This document shows positions 58,294 through 64,000 of a stretch of DNA of 64,000 nt, piece after piece (position 1 is the first letter of the stretch; each line of letters starts with the position of its first letter). The stretch covers positions 15,912,784-15,976,783 of the forward strand of contig CM121341.1 in NCBI GenBank assembly GCA_051530055.1, written 5' to 3'. Source of the DNA: Neoechinorhynchus agilis. Its lineage: Eukaryota; Animalia; Acanthocephala. The notes under the pieces were generated by a model, which did not search any database, was not told where the DNA came from, and saw nothing but the letters and a program-made list of their open reading frames with translations. The translations under genes were made by a program, and so were the position numbers.

Positions 58294-60043
58294 TTAAAAT
58301 CCATGGAACACGGTAAGCCACTGAGTAAAAAATGCGTCGCTATGATCTTCGTTATGAATCTCGATTGTCCATTCTCCAGTAGGATTTTCTCCCCAGAACT
58401 GAACAGAAGTAAAAGGCCAGTTGTAATAGCCGGAATTGGACATATCATGAAGTCGCTTCCTTAACAATTTGCTTCTCGTGCCCATTGGTGACATTAAAAC
58501 AATGCTCAGCCGTCCTCTTCGCTGACTATCGATTGTGAGAACACTTTCAACATGTTCAAGACTTTTGAGCATATCACATGATTTCGTATTCATTCGAGCG
58601 ACGACCGTTCGGTTCGCGGGTATGCGTACATGTTTAACATGAGCAAGCACGGCACAACTATGTCTTTCTGGCACATTATTCCAATTGAGAGCCTTTGCAA
58701 CAAGCACTTTGACATTTAGCAGTCCAAAACCACACGCGTCATCAAAATGATGGCCAGCACCGTTTTTACGCCGATTCTTCGATTTAATTTGATCATGAAA
58801 GGAGGAATGTACTATCAAGTGCTGAACGTCACGCCATGTCAGACTTGGATTAGCTTCAAGAGCCAAAGCAACGGCAGCCGCCACAATTGGAGCCGACGCG
58901 GATGTTCCTGAGTGGCGCATTGTGCATCCTCCCCCGAGTTCAGTTGTTACAATTTGACGGTCGTGAACCCTGTCGCTGCTAAAAGTTGATGTTAACGCGC
59001 TTGCACAAGACTCAGTGTATGATGGAACGATGAATTTCTCACTTATGCTGTTCACACTGATAGAAAAAGGCGAGTTGCAATACCCGTCACAATTGCAATC
59101 GTCATTGTATCGTCCTCCGTTACCTGCTGCCCAGACAAAGATGGAGCCTCGGCCTTGCCGGCCATGTTGAACACCTTTAACCATGGCTGAAATCGTAAGT
59201 AATCCTGGTCCATCTACTTTCTCCCCATTATCATCAGGTCCCCAGGACGAACTGTAAATATCGATTTCATCATTTTTAAACGAAACTGCTTGGGATTCGC
59301 TTGCGTCCGTACTTGGACCATCGAGGACCTTCAGCATACCAATCTGCACGTCCTGAGCAATCCCTACACAGCAGCGGCTGTTATTCGCTTTGGCAACAAT
59401 CTGACCAACACAACGAGTTCCGTGCCGATTCAAATTCGTAAGGGTGAACCTTGGTAGAGGGTCATCATCGTCTTCAGTGAAATCGTAGCTAATATTTGGA
59501 CTATAGTTCTTCTCAATCTCAGGATGTGTGTACTCAAGCCCATCGTCTATGAGAAATAGCTCCTTTAAAGAAACCCCATTTTGAGCTACTTCTAACTTAA
59601 GACTGCAACTTTTACTCCTTTGCCACTAAAACCCATATTCCATGCCCCTTCGATATCCATGAAAGTAGCCAATGAACAGTTTTTATTCATGTACCATTGC
59701 TCCTGCCATAGTGGATCATTAAAATAAAAACTCGTTGCTTCACTAATTGAAGGCCGCCTTCTCTTTCCAATAATAGGCCACTGAAATGCAACCTTTTGGC
59801 ATATAGAATGTCTTTAAGAAGTTCCAACTTGGTTAGCCGCAAAAAGAGATTTCGGTTTTCGTTTTCTTTACCAAAACCAATGAACGTTAACTTTCCAGTG
59901 TCAACTATCCGATATCCAGTCAAGTACTGAATATCCTGAAGAATATTAGCGTCGTCCAAAAGATCCATGCACATACGCAAACCATAGTCTCTCTTGTGCG
60001 CCCATGTGTGTAGGATTAGGGAAACGAAAAGGAAAAATTGCAT
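58294..60043 (-). pseudogene. Convertase copy 2 with a 1-nt deletion (A5 to A4 in GCCAAAAAGG, near 59795) frameshifting the prodomain
   Basis: The 5' ORF diverges after LYAK and ends at 118 aa vs 150 aa in copy 1; the catalytic exon translation is identical. Could be a homopolymer sequencing error. Confidence 0.65.
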
Positions 60044-60209
60044 CGAAAATGAATACGAGAAGGTGATTCGAAAATAACAACCTTTTTATTACATTGTACC
60101 TTATTCTTAGGATCTTTTGCTCGCCTATTTGCCATGTATACAAACAATGTTAAATACGAAGCAAACAACAAATACTAGATAGAAACAACTGATTGATATT
60201 ATATTCATT

Positions 60210-60740
60210 TTCTTTTACAAGCCATTTTTCCAATTTATAAAAGTTCCGATGTGAACGAAGGAACACCTTTATCCTCCATTGCTTCGAGGATGCATCCGGC
60301 ATTCCTTTTTTGAATTGCGCAGCTGATTCTCTCATAAAAAATAGTTGGCTTCGGCCATAAACTTTCAAACCTTGGATAAGAATTCTGCTGTTTTTGGTCC
60401 GAGGGCACCGGCTACGGATCGAGGTATTTGTATTTCCCCCTTTTCGGTCCTTCGCCCTTTCGCCACTTTACCAACCCCGGAAACTGCAAGAGGCACTTTG
60501 TTTTTAGCATTCGTATTTGGGCAGGTGAAGGGGAGACGGCCTCCTTCAGACGGAACTGTTGATGCGCCGTCCTGTCTTCTCCCGTCATCTCTGCTAAACA
60601 GCCCGGCTCGAGGAAAGGTGGAATGTAGTTTCCAGAGCCCTAGCGATTGTGGCCGGTTTTTGGGGGCAATCGAGTCTGTAGGTTATTGTGCTGTCCATCG
60701 TTGCACCGCATTTGCATGCTTCGGGGATTAATCAAACCAC
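60210..60740 (-). mobile_element. Decayed CRE-like RLE fragment spanning the outer end of the duplication
   Basis: ACKCGATMD...LDC, DDGRRQDGASTVP, FTCPNT...KYKYL remnants on the minus strand, continuing into the duplicated 3' piece. Confidence 0.7.
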
Positions 60741-61149
60741 GAATAAGCGTAGTGTCGAAGCGAGACCAGAGAAGGGGTCGCCCAGTTTTTAAATCTGAAA
60801 ATAGGTTTCAGCATCCAAATGAAAATGAGTCGATTTTTTGTGATCTAAAACAGAAAATACATCTTTTGCAAATTTGCTGTTTACGGAAATTATACATTTT
60901 ATATATCGGAGTTTTGATCATCATAATACAAGATAAGACATATTTTATTGATTTGAAATATTTCGCTAGGGGGCATCGCATCATCTAAAAGGTTTTAGTT
61001 GCTTTGTACTGTATAACTCGGGTGTGCGTGATCGCAATTCCCGTTGTTAGGGGGATCGTGTCCGCTCGTACCCGCCACGATGTGTGACATTTTCTCATTT
61101 GTTTTTAATACATCACTGGCCGGTAGTCTTAAGCTTTACAGCGATCGCC

Positions 61150-61610
61150 TTTAAAGGTTTTGGTTGCCTTTTGACAAAATGTGTACCATGAAACTCAAAA
61201 AAGCGACAAGCCTGTTTATATTGGGCGATTATCTTCTAAATGCCCCGCGTCGTTTGTCCGATATGCACATTATCACCCCGCTAGTCGGATCAGTGTATCT
61301 TTTTTTGAAGGTACTTGCGAGGGTGATCCCTTTATTTTTATACAAGCGAACTCAGACCTTCGCCCTCATAATTGAATAGATGGTAATTACATCTCTTAAT
61401 ATCGCAATCTATTACCCATCTAGAATATCCTCTTACTCTCAATTCCCAAACGATACTTTCTTTTTTTATCGACACAAATCCAGTGGACGATACCATAAAA
61501 GCTCGTCGAAGATAAGCAGTAATTGTGGATATTTTATACTTTATTGGTTGATGACCAGACCAGTATGGTGGTTCCCATGGCAATTTCGGATTCCGAAGTA
61601 ACACTATAGT
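61150..61610 (-). mobile_element. Penelope-like element fragment
   Basis: YWSGHQPIKYKISTITAYLRRAF...RGYSRWVI and HIGQTTRG remnants. Confidence 0.75.
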
Positions 61611-62199
61611 TACTTTTCCTTCAGAACGTCTAGGAACGAAATCTCTCCATTACTATTCTCGCTATTGACTGTCTACTGTGTGCGTGGATCTTTAATATTC
61701 AGCACTGCATTCAGTGAGTTATGTCTGTTGTAAAAATCAATCAGAATGAACCCGAATAATACACTAATCTTTCATTCAGTTTGTCGCAGTTTAATAAAAT
61801 ACGTTAACAAACGACTATACACAATTTTCTTTCAAAACGACTTTGATTCATTTTTTGTTTAAAAGATTTGATTAGTGACTTTTTAAACGAATCAAATTTC
61901 TTACTGTCCTTGAAAAAAGTGAGATGTTATAAATTCGATTTCGAGCAAGTAAACAAAAAGTTAAGGAGTATCATTGAAAATCGACCTTTAAAGAGCTAAG
62001 AACTCGGTTAAGGGAAAAACTCCTGAAACTCGGCAATTTGTGTACCGAATGGAAATGTACAGTTTGAACGTTTCTACGATTTTCTGGACGCACCTGAATT
62101 TTAGTAAAACTTAAACCTTATTAAAGGATAAAGCCACAAGAATCGTGGAATAGGGCGGTAGTTTAATAATGTAGGTTTGAAGAAAGGTTGTTAATAAAT

Positions 62200-62860
62200 A
62201 TCGAAAATGTGGATACAACGAGCGTTTGCTCATTGCAGCTCGATTACTGACCTGGAACATGAATTGGAATTTCTCTTGGATTTATAGCTACGGATGGGTT
62301 ATCCGTTGAATCTGGTTAGGAGGGTGATCAGTAGCGCTAGGTTTGAAAGGCCGACAGACGTGACATCGGATAAGGATCGTGTGTTTCTTGATTTGCCGTT
62401 TATTGACGATTCCTCCTATCAGAGTTTATCCAGGGTTTTATTAACAAGCCACCAGAGCAAACGTACGCTCTTCTATTCCAAACGGAGGAAGAATCTTCAT
62501 GGCCTGATCTGTCCGAGCAATCGTGAAGGCCCAAGTGGTGCAGTATATAGAATATCCTGCTCGGATTGTGATCGCTGCTACATTGGCCAGACAAATAACT
62601 TTGGGAGGGGGAGGAAGGAGCATCGCTATTCACTGAAGAAACAGGGCACGAACTCCGCTGTGGTTTCCCACTCTCTGACTACGGGCCATAAGATCGATAT
62701 TAACGACGCATATTTGTTGGTACGCAATGACCATAAGGTTGAGCGTGTTATTATCGAGGCCATGTTCATTCAGGGAACCAATACTTTCGCGGTAAACAAG
62801 ATAGATTATTCCCTAAAGTTGAGGATACCTACTGATAAGACAATGAGGCTGCCAAATTAA
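62200..62860 (+). mobile_element. 5'-truncated Penelope-like element (thumb/linker + GIY-YIG)
   Basis: MGYPLNLVRR...FLDLPFI...GAVYRISCSDCDRCYIGQT...RKEH...SAVVSHSLTTGHKID...ERVIIEAMFI; one stop just upstream of the ORF. Confidence 0.92.
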
Positions 62861-62867
62861 TTTTTAG

Positions 62868-62916
62868 ATAATTGACTGAAGAAGTCCAGTGTGATTGGAC
62901 GAAATATTTCAATTAT
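62868..62916 (+). ncRNA. Minimal type I hammerhead ribozyme in the PLE pseudo-LTR
   Basis: Stem I ATAATTGA/TCAATTAT; core CTGAAGA (62876-62882); stem II GTCCA/TGGAC; GAAA (62901-62904); palindromic minimal stem III AATATT; predicted cleavage after 62908. Confidence 0.88.
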
Positions 62917-63481
62917 AGTGATTCTTGGATATATAACTCTTCCCCACTTCCACATACTCATGGAATTTATCTTTAAATATCGAAAAACAATCGAGAAGCT
63001 TTCATCGATACGATATGCTTAACATTAGGTTCTGACAATAAATAAAGAGCCACTAACTGAGCATTTATTATTTTCTAATTAGCTCGAAAGCACTCTTCAA
63101 AATTTGATGAATTTCTTAATTATAGAATGCTCGCAATTCACACGAATTCCACGTAGCGATTAAGAAGTGCTAAAATACCAAAGGAACTCTTAAATCCAGG
63201 GGAATTCACCGGAGATAATGATGAGATTTACGGCAAAAAAGAATTCCCCTTCCAAGTCTACGAAACACAAAAGAACGTTTTCTTTTGTTTTTATGTGGTT
63301 TTCAATGATGGGTGATCCATTGTTCTTTTTTATTTAGATTCACACATATTCCTCGTTACGAAAACTATGCATTGAATAATTAGCCCTTTTTACGAATTTT
63401 AACGATTTAAGTTTTTTCAACAAATCTGTTGAGCGTGAATTTCCACCCGTTTAAATGCGTTAGAAAATTAAATGCACTTGG

Positions 63482-63715
63482 TTGTTTCAGAATATGGCAA
63501 TTGAACACTTGGATATGGAACTAAAGATCAAAACATGGGTTGAAGAGTACAAGCGAATGAGTGACGATAAATTCTGCTATGATTCATTCACATTTTCGAA
63601 ATTTGATAATTTGCAAACATTAATCGATATTGAAGGAATCTACGAGATATCTGCACCATTAAAGAACTACCATAAAGTATCCGCTGGATCAATTATATTT
63701 CCTCTAAATTGGTAA
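63482..63715 (+). CDS. Unidentified exon/ORF; the gene may continue past the window end
   Basis: 77-codon protein-like ORF with TTTCAG just before ATG at 63494. Confidence 0.3.
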   Translation: MFQNMAIEHLDMELKIKTWVEEYKRMSDDKFCYDSFTFSKFDNLQTLIDIEGIYEISAPLKNYHKVSAGSIIFPLNW

Positions 63716-64000
63716 TGCTCAATGAATAATCTCTGGTGGTTTAGAAGGATTCCAAACTTAAGTAAAAATAACAGACTATTTCTCGTAAGCTTCTAAGGTG
63801 TAAATGTTTTGATAGATTTCTAGAAAATTGCACTTTAATTTTTTTCTCAGAGCAAGCACCGTCGTTGATAGTAGCCAGCTTAATTTTCTTTTTGAAATTG
63901 GGTATTATCTCATTACACAACGATCTTCAACTGCAAGGTAGCGTCGTCGTTTCCGGTTGCACAAGACCGATAGCAGAAAACACTGTAACCCACAACTCTC

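Larger units (their letters stand above)
55220..60409 (-). repeat. Right arm of the ~5.2 kb inverted duplication
   Basis: Reverse complement of 22421-27612. Confidence 0.95.

Noticed and set aside
60410-60740. GC-rich hairpin-forming stretch as a structured ncRNA (RNase P/MRP, snRNA)
   Set aside because: The minus strand translates to CRE zinc-knuckle and RLE motifs, and the conserved ncRNA boxes are absent.
1-64000. CRISPR array, prokaryotic operon or defence system
   Set aside because: No regularly spaced direct repeats; the genes are eukaryotic with spliceosomal introns.

Overview
Compact, AT-rich eukaryotic nuclear DNA in the standard genetic code. It is most likely from an animal with motile cilia (ZMYND10, Boule-like RRM, CUT-class homeodomain, furin-type convertase, Penelope elements); I cannot name the species. 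Recognisable genes: AGFG1, an LC8-like dynein light chain, UBR3-like E3 ligase, a furin/kexin-type convertase and ZMYND10 (both duplicated in a ~5.2 kb near-identical inverted duplication, 22.4-27.6 kb vs 55.2-60.4 kb), a Boule/DAZ RRM, LCMT2/TYW4, a homeobox, Clueless/CLUH and CKS1. Between them lie many decayed CRE-clade (RT + restriction-like endonuclease) and Penelope (GIY-YIG) retroelement fragments, one ending in a hammerhead ribozyme. Main discovery: besides about 14 ordinary short GT-AG introns, five conserved genes are interrupted by about nine distinct intervening sequences of 46-569 nt. These have no usable GT-AG splice solution, or only one that damages a conserved motif. They are flanked by short direct repeats (nearly always containing TA) and their ends form base-paired stems. 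Removing each with one repeat copy restores the frame and, where I can judge against remembered homologues, the expected motif (furin catalytic VLDDG, Clueless DYGGYRVTVQSIIPG, a full kelch repeat, ZMYND10 spacing). This suggests a non-canonical stem-loop intron class, or alternatively IES-like DNA excision. All alignments and foldings were done by eye; RNA-seq is the decisive test.
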